Source: Candidatus Magasanikiibacteriota bacterium (GTDB lineage: Bacteria > Patescibacteriota > Patescibacteriia > Magasanikbacterales > UBA922). Taken from it: 64,000 nt of DNA. The notes under the pieces are model-generated. The model worked only from the letters and a program-made list of their open reading frames with translations. It did no database searches and had not been told where the DNA came from. Below are positions 1-8,763 of the stretch, one piece after another. The translations under genes and the position numbers were made by a program. The stretch lies in contig JBAYUH010000002.1 of assembly GCA_041675185.1 (NCBI GenBank), positions 1,052 through 65,051 of the forward strand, in the 5' to 3' direction. Position 1 is the stretch's first letter; every line of letters starts with the position of its first letter.

Positions 1-601
1 TCCCGAAATAACCGAAAAAATACAAGATGCACCACCAAGAGTAAAAACCGCCAAAAAATACAAAGAGGACAATTTACTAGTCTTTATTAGAAAGTCTGGA
101 AATCTTTATTCCAGAAGTATTAATAATGAAAATAACAAAATTATTGAACATGCAAATTTTGCTGACGTTTTGGAAATGATCAAATGTAAATACGAAGAAA
201 AAAGACAAGATTTATCCGAAACATTTTGGGAGCAATATGTGCAAATTCGTGATCACAATGACAAAGCTAATATACCAACCGGTGAAAATAGTATCGAAAG
301 ACAATCTCTAAATGTTTTACAAGGTTTTGATAGTAATCCACCAGCTAATTTCAATCGGTATCGAAAATTTTTATCTACTCTTTTGGAAGATGCGGCAGAT
401 TATCAAACTCTATCTAAATATACAATGCGTAGAATTGCCAACCTAGATTTTTCTACTAAAAAAGATAAAGAAATAGAAGCAACTAAAAAAGAACTAGATA
501 ATATGATGTTTGAACTTGGTGGAGATAATTATTTAGATGAAATAAAGAAAAAAGGTGATCCACAAAAAGAAGTAATTATTGCGATTGAAAACATAAAATA
601 A
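1..601 (+). CDS. 3' part of a hypothetical protein. The ORF is open to the window's left edge and its stop abuts the start of the downstream methyltransferase
   Basis: Frame 2 is open from position 2 with no stop until 599-601 (TAA). The next gene's ATG is at 603, which implies translational coupling. No recognisable motif. Confidence 0.45.
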   Translation, partial: PEITEKIQDAPPRVKTAKKYKEDNLLVFIRKSGNLYSRSINNENNKIIEHANFADVLEMIKCKYEEKRQDLSETFWEQYVQIRDHNDKANIPTGENSIERQSLNVLQGFDSNPPANFNRYRKFLSTLLEDAADYQTLSKYTMRRIANLDFSTKKDKEIEATKKELDNMMFELGGDNYLDEIKKKGDPQKEVIIAIENIK

Positions 602-602
602 T

Positions 603-3600
603 ATGCCAAAACAGATATTGCAAGACATTATAAACGATTTTTCCTTAGAAAAATTTAATTCTTTTTTTCGTGAAAAATCTGATAAATATAGAGATTTAGA
701 TGAAAGACTATCCAAATATGACAAGGATATTTTTTCTAATTCTACCCGTCTAGGTGTCATAGATTTTGGCGGTCGTACCAAAGATGTGGCTGTAATAGCT
801 GTACAAGTAGCAAAAGATTTAACTGAAAGAACTAGTAAAAAAGCCCAATATGATTTTGCCAAAAATTTATTAAAGCAAGAAGATAAATATGAAGCCGGCA
901 TATTTATTTTTTATGACACAACTGGTAATTTTCGTTTTTCGTTAATTTATCCACAATACCAAGGTAAAAATAGAGTTTGGAATAATTTTAAAAGATTTAC
1001 TCATTTTGTAAGCAAAAAATTGACCAATAAAACTTTTATTACACAGATTGGTAATGGTAATTTTGAAAACATAAATACATTGAAAGAATCATTTAGTGTA
1101 GAAAAAGTTACTAAGGAATTTTTTGCAAACTATAAAAAACTATTTGATAATTTAACAGCACATTTAAACAGTGATGCCTATTTCGACAATTTCGCTAGAA
1201 AAAATGGAATAGATTTAAATATTTTTGCCAAGAAAATTTTGGGTCAAATTGTATTTATTTATTTTTTACAAAAAAGAGGTTGGTTGGGTGCTGAAAAAAA
1301 TAAGCCAGTCGATACTGGTACTATTACCTTTTTAAGAGATCTTTATAATAAATGTGAATCTGATAACAAAAATTATTTTAATGATGTTTTAGAATATTTA
1401 TTCTATGATGCTCTAAACAAAAGACCAGAAAAAATAATTGGTTTTTATAGAGAATATTTTGATTGTCAAATTCCATTTTTAAATGGTGGTTTGTTTGAAC
1501 CGATAAATAATTATAATTGGAAACAAGAATTTTTAAATATTCCAAATAAAATTTTTTCTAACAAGCAAGAAAATGGAATTTTGGATATTTTTGACCAGTA
1601 CAACTTTACTATAGATGAAAATGACAACAGTGATCAAGAAGTGTCTGTTGACCCTGAGATGCTTGGAAAAGTATTTGAAAATTTATTACCAGAAAATATT
1701 CGTAAAGGTCAAGGCGCTTTTTATACACCACGAGAAATAGTTCATTACATGTGTAAAGAAAGTCTTATAAACTATCTTACTAATGAACTTGGTGCAAATG
1801 AAAAGACTGTACGTGATTTTTATGAATGGGATACCTCACCCTTAGACCATTCTGATTTAGAAAATGATGAAAAGGCACAGAAAAAAGTGTTTACATATTG
1901 GGTTTCTGAATTTGATGAATTAATGCCAAAAATGAAGACAGCGTTGCAAAATATAAAGATTGTGGACCCAGCTTGTGGTTCCGGTGCTTTTCTTATTGGC
2001 ATGTTGCAAGAAATTTTAATGTTAAGACATAAAATAAGCATGATATTAGATGAAAAATTTTCAGGCTATGAAGTAAAAAAAGACACAATTCAGAATTGTA
2101 TTTATGGCGTGGATATTGATCCTGGCGCAGTAGATATTGCTAAACTAAGATTATGGCTATCTATTGTGGTAGAACATGATATATCTGAAATAGAACCGCT
2201 ACCAAATTTAGATTATAAAATAATGCAAGGTAATAGTTTGTTAGAAAATTTGATTATTGGTGATAGTGTTATTTCTCTAAATCTTGATGGTAACAAAAAA
2301 ATAGATGGCAGGACAAAGGAGATGAAAAATCTTTTTGACACAAACGATCAAAGTAGAATGACTTTATTTACAGATGAAAAAGCAGTTGCATCTTCCGTAG
2401 ATCAATTAGAAAAACTTCATTCAGTTTTTTTTACTGAGAGCGATCCAGATAAAAAGAAAATTTTAAAAACAAAAATAGACAGCAAAGAAATTGAATTGGT
2501 AGAAAATGCTTGTAAAAATGAAATCACCATATTAGACAATAGAATAAAAAAAGATTTTGAAGATAAAAAGAAATTGCAAAAATATACTGAACAAATTTTG
2601 AATATTAAAAAAGTTTTAAATCAGTTAAAGAAAGATGGGGTTAGACCTTTTTTTCCATGGCATTTACATTTTAGCGATGTTTTCAAAGAAAAAGGTGGGT
2701 TTGATGTGGTAATTGGAAATCCACCATATGGATTTAGGGATGTTTTAACGAATGAAGAGAAAATATATTTTAGAAAAATTGAAAATATCGAATTTAGTAG
2801 TGGTGATGTCGCAGAGCTTTTTTGCAAAAAATCCTTTGATAATTTAGTTGTTAAAAGTGGTATTCTATCATTTATAATCCCCAAAAAATGTACCTATGGT
2901 GATTCATGGGATGGTTGGCGTGTTAATTATTTCCAAAAATATGATCTTCACTTTATTTTAGATTCTGGCAAAGCATTCGATCGAGTTTTACTAGAACAAA
3001 CCGCCTTTGGTCTTGCCAAAAGAAACCAAAGTGGCGATATTCAACTGTGTTTTTTAGATAACAAAATGGACAAAATACATTTATTTGCAAGATCATTAAA
3101 AGAAAAAATATTTAAATCAAACAATACTATACAAATTTATCTTGAATATTTTCCTCGAAGTATATTTGAAAAAATAGTCGCTAAATCAACACCTGAAACT
3201 TTAGTTACTGGAGATTTGGGATTAGGAATTGGTACAGAATTTTTTTCAGATGAAAAAACTGAATATAAATTATTAAAAGGAATAGATATTAGCAGGTGGC
3301 AAGTTCGAAGCCATCGCTTCCTAAAAAATAAAGAGAAACTAAATTGGAATAATGCTAAAAGATTTTTGAGAGCGAAAGTGTTGTGCCAAAGACTGATAGC
3401 TCACATCGAAAATCCAATCCCCCACATAAAAGTGACTGCTTGCTTCGATTCTGAAGGTATAATCATTACTAACACACTAACTGCTTTCAAACTTGATGCT
3501 TCAATAAATGAAAAATTTTGGCTAGGTTATTTAAACTCAAGTTTAGTGAACTGGTTTATATATAATTTTATTTATGGACGCGCAATAAGAGGGATGGATT

Positions 3601-3827
3601 TTTATAGTTTTTATATCGAACAAATTCCTATACCCAAAATTTCTAAAGACCAACAAACGAGTTTTATTGAAATTGTCGATAAAATTCTCACTATTACCTC
3701 AGCCACTAATTATGATCCTAAGAATACACCAATAAAACAAAAAGAATTGGAAAAACAAATTGATGAGCTAGTTTATAAACTCTACAACTTAACAGAAGAA
3801 GAAATAAAAACAATTGAAACGTGTTAA
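603..3827 (+). CDS. Eco57I/MmeI-family (Type IIG-like) restriction-modification enzyme / gamma-class N6-adenine DNA methyltransferase, 1074 aa
   Basis: Carries GQGAFYTPREIV, AdoMet motif I VDPACGSGAFLIGML, and motif IV FDVVIGNPPYG, in the order typical of gamma-class MTases. There is a ~330-aa N-terminal region and a ~370-aa C-terminal region that is a putative target-recognition domain. A coiled-coil insert lies between motifs I and IV. Confidence 0.8.
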   Translation: MPKQILQDIINDFSLEKFNSFFREKSDKYRDLDERLSKYDKDIFSNSTRLGVIDFGGRTKDVAVIAVQVAKDLTERTSKKAQYDFAKNLLKQEDKYEAGIFIFYDTTGNFRFSLIYPQYQGKNRVWNNFKRFTHFVSKKLTNKTFITQIGNGNFENINTLKESFSVEKVTKEFFANYKKLFDNLTAHLNSDAYFDNFARKNGIDLNIFAKKILGQIVFIYFLQKRGWLGAEKNKPVDTGTITFLRDLYNKCESDNKNYFNDVLEYLFYDALNKRPEKIIGFYREYFDCQIPFLNGGLFEPINNYNWKQEFLNIPNKIFSNKQENGILDIFDQYNFTIDENDNSDQEVSVDPEMLGKVFENLLPENIRKGQGAFYTPREIVHYMCKESLINYLTNELGANEKTVRDFYEWDTSPLDHSDLENDEKAQKKVFTYWVSEFDELMPKMKTALQNIKIVDPACGSGAFLIGMLQEILMLRHKISMILDEKFSGYEVKKDTIQNCIYGVDIDPGAVDIAKLRLWLSIVVEHDISEIEPLPNLDYKIMQGNSLLENLIIGDSVISLNLDGNKKIDGRTKEMKNLFDTNDQSRMTLFTDEKAVASSVDQLEKLHSVFFTESDPDKKKILKTKIDSKEIELVENACKNEITILDNRIKKDFEDKKKLQKYTEQILNIKKVLNQLKKDGVRPFFPWHLHFSDVFKEKGGFDVVIGNPPYGFRDVLTNEEKIYFRKIENIEFSSGDVAELFCKKSFDNLVVKSGILSFIIPKKCTYGDSWDGWRVNYFQKYDLHFILDSGKAFDRVLLEQTAFGLAKRNQSGDIQLCFLDNKMDKIHLFARSLKEKIFKSNNTIQIYLEYFPRSIFEKIVAKSTPETLVTGDLGLGIGTEFFSDEKTEYKLLKGIDISRWQVRSHRFLKNKEKLNWNNAKRFLRAKVLCQRLIAHIENPIPHIKVTACFDSEGIIITNTLTAFKLDASINEKFWLGYLNSSLVNWFIYNFIYGRAIRGMDFYSFYIEQIPIPKISKDQQTSFIEIVDKILTITSATNYDPKNTPIKQKELEKQIDELVYKLYNLTEEEIKTIETC

Positions 3828-3834
3828 TAATTTT

Positions 3835-4104
3835 ATGAGTAATTTTTCACCAAAACTTGAAGACGCAACAGACGAGAAATTGATGTACATGATTAACGAA
3901 TTAGATTTTCGGGTTGTTCCACTTGCTTCTGATGAGTTGACGAGGCGCCATTTGGGAAAATTAAGAGAAAATATTGAAAAATTTAACGAACAATCATCAA
4001 AACAGACAAATAAAATGATTCGATTGACCTGGGTAATTGTTTTGTTAACTGTTGTAATGGTTTTTGGCTTAGGTCTACAAATATATTTAGCAATTTATGA
4101 TTAA
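3835..4104 (+). CDS. Small hypothetical protein with a C-terminal transmembrane helix
   Basis: The ORF track start at 3814 is TTG, which sits inside the MTase gene's terminal codons, so the ATG at 3835 is more plausible. The hydrophobic C-terminus reads WVIVLLTVVMVFGLGLQIYLAIY. Confidence 0.4.
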   Translation: MSNFSPKLEDATDEKLMYMINELDFRVVPLASDELTRRHLGKLRENIEKFNEQSSKQTNKMIRLTWVIVLLTVVMVFGLGLQIYLAIYD

Positions 4105-4115
4105 CAAAATATACT

Positions 4116-4400
4116 ATGCCTAAAAAAGAAGATAATAAAACAATTGGTATTAGAATAAGATTTTGGACTAATGATTTACCCGGTAAAGTTGGGAAAGATC
4201 ACAAACAAACTCCATGCTGGAGTTGTGGTGTGGTTATTATAGAAGCTAATAGAACAAAAGGTATTTCATCAGATAGTGAGGTATTCCATTATGTTGATGA
4301 CATTCCAAGAGCTGTTAAAGAAGTAATGAAAAGAGCGAAAATTGCTGTAGTGGAAAATGTGGCTAGTACTGACAGAGCAAAAAAGAGGATAGGAAAATAA
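4116..4400 (+). CDS. Hypothetical 94-aa protein
   Basis: Clean ORF 11 nt after the previous gene. Contains a CWSCG pair and no known motif. Confidence 0.4.
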   Translation: MPKKEDNKTIGIRIRFWTNDLPGKVGKDHKQTPCWSCGVVIIEANRTKGISSDSEVFHYVDDIPRAVKEVMKRAKIAVVENVASTDRAKKRIGK

Positions 4401-4467
4401 TAAATACCTCAGTGGATGTCATTAGTGTTTATGAGTTTTTAAAAAAATATAATTTTATTTTTATATT

Positions 4468-5298
4468 ATGCAAAAACAATTTTTAGTAGGTAGATACTAT
4501 TTCGACACGCTTTTTCGGGATGAAGCTAATAAGTCATTTATTTCTGATTTAACAAAGAAGCCTACTTTTGAAGAAGGTAATATTGGATATGCTTTAGCAA
4601 ATACATCTTTCGAGAAGGTGGGTGAAAGTAAGGAAAGCTTTTTGAGAGGAACATTCGCTAAATTTAAAATTAAGGATTATTACAAAAAATATCTCAAAAA
4701 AGAAAATGGCTTTCAAGAATCCATAACGGATAACAAAGTTGAATCTCAAATTGAATTTTTTCTCCACCATCCGTCCCATCTTATTTTTATTGAAAAATCT
4801 TCACAAATAAGAGAAAATATTTTTAAAAATAAATTCATTAAAATTTACGAAAAAAATACCTCAGTCACCAAGCCAAATATGGGTCTTGATTTTTTATTTG
4901 ATGAAAAAGATGTATATGAAGAAATAAAAAGTTGGGATAGAATAGTTAAAGCTAAATTTAATGATTTACGACCATCTAACCCGCGAATGGATCCACACTT
5001 TGAAAAAATTGAGGAATTATTAAAGGAAACAAAAAGTGATCGTTCTAAATTAGAATTTAAAATTGATGATCCAGATAGCACTAATTCCCTCGATTCAGAA
5101 AGTGTACTTATTAAACAAGCTCTCGCTTTGTCATCATATGGATATGGGAATGCAAATTTTGATGGGTTTAAAGGTAAAAATACAACTAATATCAAAACAA
5201 AAAAGTTTGTTAAATCAGTAAAACTTGATTTTGATTCAGAAACTCCCTTTAGTGTTGTAATAGATTTTATTGAAAAAGACGAAAAAGGAGAAATGTGA
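4468..5298 (+). CDS. Hypothetical 276-aa protein
   Basis: Long ORF in AT-rich context, same strand and operon-like spacing. No recognisable motif. Confidence 0.5.
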   Translation: MQKQFLVGRYYFDTLFRDEANKSFISDLTKKPTFEEGNIGYALANTSFEKVGESKESFLRGTFAKFKIKDYYKKYLKKENGFQESITDNKVESQIEFFLHHPSHLIFIEKSSQIRENIFKNKFIKIYEKNTSVTKPNMGLDFLFDEKDVYEEIKSWDRIVKAKFNDLRPSNPRMDPHFEKIEELLKETKSDRSKLEFKIDDPDSTNSLDSESVLIKQALALSSYGYGNANFDGFKGKNTTNIKTKKFVKSVKLDFDSETPFSVVIDFIEKDEKGEM

Positions 5299-5311
5299 TA
5301 TAATACTAGAT

Positions 5312-5842
5312 ATGAGTACTAATCTTGAAAAAAAATTTGGGTTTTTCTCAAAGATGTTCCAATTTGGTATTGGTAATATTTTTATTTCCCTTGATTTTTT
5401 TGTTGCTTTTTTAGTACTAATACTTTTATTTATTGATAATCACTTTAATTTAAAAATTTTTATTTCGATTGCAGAGGAAAGAAATGCCTATGTTCAGGTT
5501 ATTTTAAGTGCTTCTTCGATTCTTTTTGCACTCATTACCACTGCATTATCTATTATTTTATCTTTCTCAACTAGTAACTTTATCAAATTTTTAAAGAAAA
5601 AAGACATGCTAGATAGCGTACTTTTCCCTTTTTGGTTAGGAAATGCAATTTATCTTTTTACTATAATACTTTCCATTGTATATCTTCTACTAGAGCCGGC
5701 GACATGGATAAAAATAATACCATTTTTATTCATGTTTATAATTTTTTTGTTTATATATGCTATTGGTATTACTTTTTCCTTATTACGAACCATAATTCGT
5801 ATTGGTGAATGGATAGCTCAAAATGATGAAGATTTGGCGTAA
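5312..5842 (+). CDS. Hypothetical polytopic membrane protein (~176 aa)
   Basis: ATG at 5312 (the track start at 5270 is TTG and overlaps the previous gene). At least four hydrophobic helices. Confidence 0.45.
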   Translation: MSTNLEKKFGFFSKMFQFGIGNIFISLDFFVAFLVLILLFIDNHFNLKIFISIAEERNAYVQVILSASSILFALITTALSIILSFSTSNFIKFLKKKDMLDSVLFPFWLGNAIYLFTIILSIVYLLLEPATWIKIIPFLFMFIIFLFIYAIGITFSLLRTIIRIGEWIAQNDEDLA

Positions 5843-5934
5843 CGTCTTATTCAGTTCGAACAAAACGATATGGCTACAGGGGACATTCTCCCCTTTAATT
5901 CCCCTCTGTCCCCTTCCGCTATATTGACGAACGC

Positions 5935-5944
5935 CCCCCCCCCC
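5935..5944. repeat. C10 homopolymer tract inside a C-rich non-coding spacer
   Basis: The sequence gaacgccccccccccttcccc is seen directly and is unusual in this AT-rich genome. Confidence 0.9.
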
Positions 5945-6200
5945 TTCCCCTCTTTAATAAAATGGTAAAAACAAAAGACGAAAAAATAATTTACATCTGA
6001 TAACAGCCGATATATGATTACGCTCCCCACTAACGTGCGGTCGCTCCATCCATATCCCGTATTCTCGGGACATCATATATCGGCGTACGTTAGCTGAAAT
6101 AAAATTTTTACACTTTTTGTTTTTTGTGATTGAGTGATTGGCGAGGGCGAGGCTTTTATCTCTTTTATTCCTATCTTCCCTACCAAAAAAGCACTTTCCT

Positions 6201-6230
6201 TTGCGCGTATCTTGCGCGTATCTTGCGCGA
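6201..6230 (+). repeat. 11-bp direct repeat ttgcgcgtatc x2.7 overlapping the -35 of the fic promoter (candidate operator)
   Basis: ttgcgcgtatc ttgcgcgtatc ttgcgcga, seen directly. Confidence 0.8.
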
Positions 6231-6251
6231 ACCGCTGTTTTGTGATATAAT
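6223..6251 (+). promoter_or_regulatory. Sigma70-like promoter for fic: -35 ttgcgc, 17-bp spacer, extended -10 tgtgatataat
   Basis: Consensus-like hexamers with a TG extension 28 nt upstream of the ATG at 6279. Confidence 0.55.
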
Positions 6252-6278
6252 ACTGGTGTAACTTAAAAAACATATAAT

Positions 6279-7334
6279 ATGTTTAATCCTAAATACAAGC
6301 ACACTAATAAAATTTTACTCGACCTCACTGCTATCGCCGAGGCCAAGGGCATTATTGACCGTGCCAAAATTTTACCACAACAAGAAATAAAACTACGTCG
6401 ACAAGCCATTATCCGTATGACCCACCACTCTACCGAGATTGAAGGCAATAAATTAAATATGGGGCAGGTGGAAGCACTTTATGCTAAGAAAAAAGTAGAT
6501 GCGCCAGACAGGGATATTTACGAAGTAAAAAATTATCTCAACGCTTTAAAATTTATTGAAAAAGTTGTAATTGAACATAAACCAATAACTAAAAAAATAA
6601 TTTTAAAAATACATAAATTAGTCGCTGATAAAACTTTGGCACCGCAATATTGTGGGCATTTCCGCCCAGGACCAATTTATGTGGTTCGTCGACGTTTGGG
6701 CATGCCACAAGAAACTCTATACACCGGACCAGAAGCCAAGCGCGTGCCACAGCTTATAACCGAATTTATCGCATGGCTTAAAGAAAGCGAAAAACAAGAA
6801 ATAAGTCCAGTACTTGTAGCTGCTATTGCTCACATGGAAATCGCCGCTATTCACCCTTTTAACGACGGCAACGGTCGTACAGCTCGCGCTTTAGCCACTT
6901 TGATTCTTTACCAGCGTGGATACGATTTTCGTCGATTATTTGCATTGGAAGATTTTTATAATACTGACCGACCATCATATTACAAGGCCATCAACTTGGG
7001 TAAAACTTATGATGAACGACGTACAGACATTACATCGTGGTTAGAATATTTCGTAAAAGGATTTAAGAAAGAAATTGATGAGGTAAAAAACAAAGTCTTG
7101 CCATTATCTACTCGCAATGTTGACGGGAAAATTAAATCACAAATTTATCTCACTCCAGAACAATTAAAAATTATTGACTTCTTAGATCAAGTTGGAAGAA
7201 TTGTTGTAAAAGATGTCGAGGACATTTTATCTTGTCCACGCCGATCTGCACAGTTACAATTACAAAAATTAAAGAAAATTAAAATGATTAAAGCGATGGG
7301 TAAAGGAAAAACCACCGCCTACATTGCCAACTAA
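6279..7334 (+). CDS. fic: Fic-family protein (AMPylase/adenylyltransferase), class II autoinhibited, with C-terminal winged-helix domain (SoFic-like)
   Basis: Canonical Fic motif HPFNDGNGRTARAL (HxFx[DE]GNGRxxR). The N-terminal inhibitory motif STEIEGN matches [ST]xxxE[GN]. Length is 351 aa, and GC is noticeably higher than in neighbouring genes. Confidence 0.85.
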   Translation: MFNPKYKHTNKILLDLTAIAEAKGIIDRAKILPQQEIKLRRQAIIRMTHHSTEIEGNKLNMGQVEALYAKKKVDAPDRDIYEVKNYLNALKFIEKVVIEHKPITKKIILKIHKLVADKTLAPQYCGHFRPGPIYVVRRRLGMPQETLYTGPEAKRVPQLITEFIAWLKESEKQEISPVLVAAIAHMEIAAIHPFNDGNGRTARALATLILYQRGYDFRRLFALEDFYNTDRPSYYKAINLGKTYDERRTDITSWLEYFVKGFKKEIDEVKNKVLPLSTRNVDGKIKSQIYLTPEQLKIIDFLDQVGRIVVKDVEDILSCPRRSAQLQLQKLKKIKMIKAMGKGKTTAYIAN

Positions 7335-7353
7335 TAAAGCAATACAGCTACAT

Positions 7354-7818
7354 ATGAACTACAAACACACTCAAATTGGTTACCTGATGCTGGTTGTTAC
7401 GCTGGCCGTGCTGGTGATTTTCGTAAGATCTCATATCATGTCCGCCTCCGAGGTCCCTTCGGTTGATTCAGGCACAAATTTTGCAGTTACTTCCATAATG
7501 ACATTAATTCTATTTATTCTTACTTCCTTTGGGTCGCTTCAAGTAATTATTGACGAAAAATATTTACGAATCAAATTTGGCTATGGTATTTATCATAAAA
7601 AGTTTTCACTTGATGATATAATGTCTGCCAAAACCGTAAAGAATCATTGGTATTATGGATGGGGAATAAGAAGATGGTTGTGGCCAAAGATGTGGATTTA
7701 CAATGTTTCTGGTTTTGATGCGGTAGAAATAAAACTGAAAAATGGTAAAACGTACAGGATAGGCACCGATGAACCAAAAAAATTAGAACAAACAATTATT
7801 CATTCAATTAAATTATGA
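7354..7818 (+). CDS. Hypothetical membrane protein (two TM helices plus a soluble C-terminal domain)
   Basis: ATG at 7354 (the track start at 7324 is TTG overlapping the fic stop). Hydrophobic segments. Confidence 0.4.
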   Translation: MNYKHTQIGYLMLVVTLAVLVIFVRSHIMSASEVPSVDSGTNFAVTSIMTLILFILTSFGSLQVIIDEKYLRIKFGYGIYHKKFSLDDIMSAKTVKNHWYYGWGIRRWLWPKMWIYNVSGFDAVEIKLKNGKTYRIGTDEPKKLEQTIIHSIKL

Positions 7819-8081
7819 AAATTTTTATCGCTTCATTCATCACTATTTTTTTGGCAGAACTTGGTGACAAAACACAAATTGCCACATTATTATTTGCAGC
7901 AAACAAAGATCATTCCAAGCTAATAATCTTCCTTGGTGCAGCTTCAGCATTAGTCTTGACCAGTGCGATTGGTGTGCTGCTTGGAAGTACTTTATCTAAC
8001 TTTATAGATGAAAAAACACTAAAAATTATTGGCGGTGTAGGATTTCTTATTGTAGGTGTCTGGACAATTCTTTCGAAATAA
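7815..8081 (+). CDS. UPF0016/GDT1(TMEM165)-family half-size cation transporter subunit (88 aa)
   Basis: Signature E-x-G-D-K-T ([11 protein letters not shown]) plus three TM helices. Confidence 0.6.
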   Translation: MKIFIASFITIFLAELGDKTQIATLLFAANKDHSKLIIFLGAASALVLTSAIGVLLGSTLSNFIDEKTLKIIGGVGFLIVGVWTILSK

Positions 8082-8119
8082 ATAAAAACATAATTTATAT
8101 AATCAATAACTACAGATAT

Positions 8120-8509
8120 ATGTTCAAAGAATTCAAAGAATTTGCAATAAAAGGCAACATGATCGACATGGCTGTCGGTATCATTATAGGATCTGCTTTT
8201 GGAAAAATCGTAAGCTCTCTCGTGAAAGACATTATTATGCCACCAATTGGAGTATTGTTGGGTGGTATAGACTTCTCCAACTTAGTCGTAACACTCAAAC
8301 AAGCTACCGAAACAACTGAAGCCGTAACTCTAAACTACGGAATGTTTGTCAACACAATAATTGATTTTTTGATAATTGCTTTTACTATATTTATAGTAGT
8401 CAAACAAATTAATAAATTAAAAAAGAAGAAAGAAGAAAAAAAGACAGACAAGACAACCGAAGAAGTACTACTTCTCAGAGAAATTAGAGATCAACTAAAA
8501 ACAAAATAA
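8120..8509 (+). CDS. mscL: Large-conductance mechanosensitive channel MscL
   Basis: The N-terminus [35 protein letters not shown] is the classic MscL sequence. Confidence 0.85.
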   Translation: MFKEFKEFAIKGNMIDMAVGIIIGSAFGKIVSSLVKDIIMPPIGVLLGGIDFSNLVVTLKQATETTEAVTLNYGMFVNTIIDFLIIAFTIFIVVKQINKLKKKKEEKKTDKTTEEVLLLREIRDQLKTK

Positions 8510-8763
8510 AATCACAACAGCTAAATAGCTCAAATCTGTTGGTTCAAGATTGTTCAAAGGCAGATATTCATCCATATTTTGCGTTACTACCTACATACCA
8601 ACAAACACTTCACAAAACAACAGACACACAAATAAAATAAAAATAAATTATTATATTTTTGTTTTTTATAATTGAGCAATCAAAACGATTTGCTATTGCT
8701 AAATTGTCAAAATAGGAATAATATACCTATAGTTAAAGACCTTAATTAACTTAATACGATTAT

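Noticed and set aside
603-3827. Interpreting the large MTase as BREX PglX or DISARM DrmMI
   Set aside because: No PglZ, BrxL, BrxC, helicase or PLD genes are nearby, so there is no support for BREX or DISARM. It is left as an Eco57I/MmeI-family Type IIG-like enzyme.
6201-6230. ttgcgcgtatc repeats as a possible CRISPR array
   Set aside because: Only ~2.7 copies of an 11-bp unit with no spacers. It is far too short and irregular, so it is interpreted as an operator-like direct repeat instead.
5843-6278. GC-rich spacer (and the GC-rich segments at 17.4-18.3 kb and 63.6-64 kb) as rRNA fragments or tRNA genes
   Set aside because: No conserved rRNA motifs and no tRNA T-arm (GGTTCGAATCC-type) or cloverleaf could be found.
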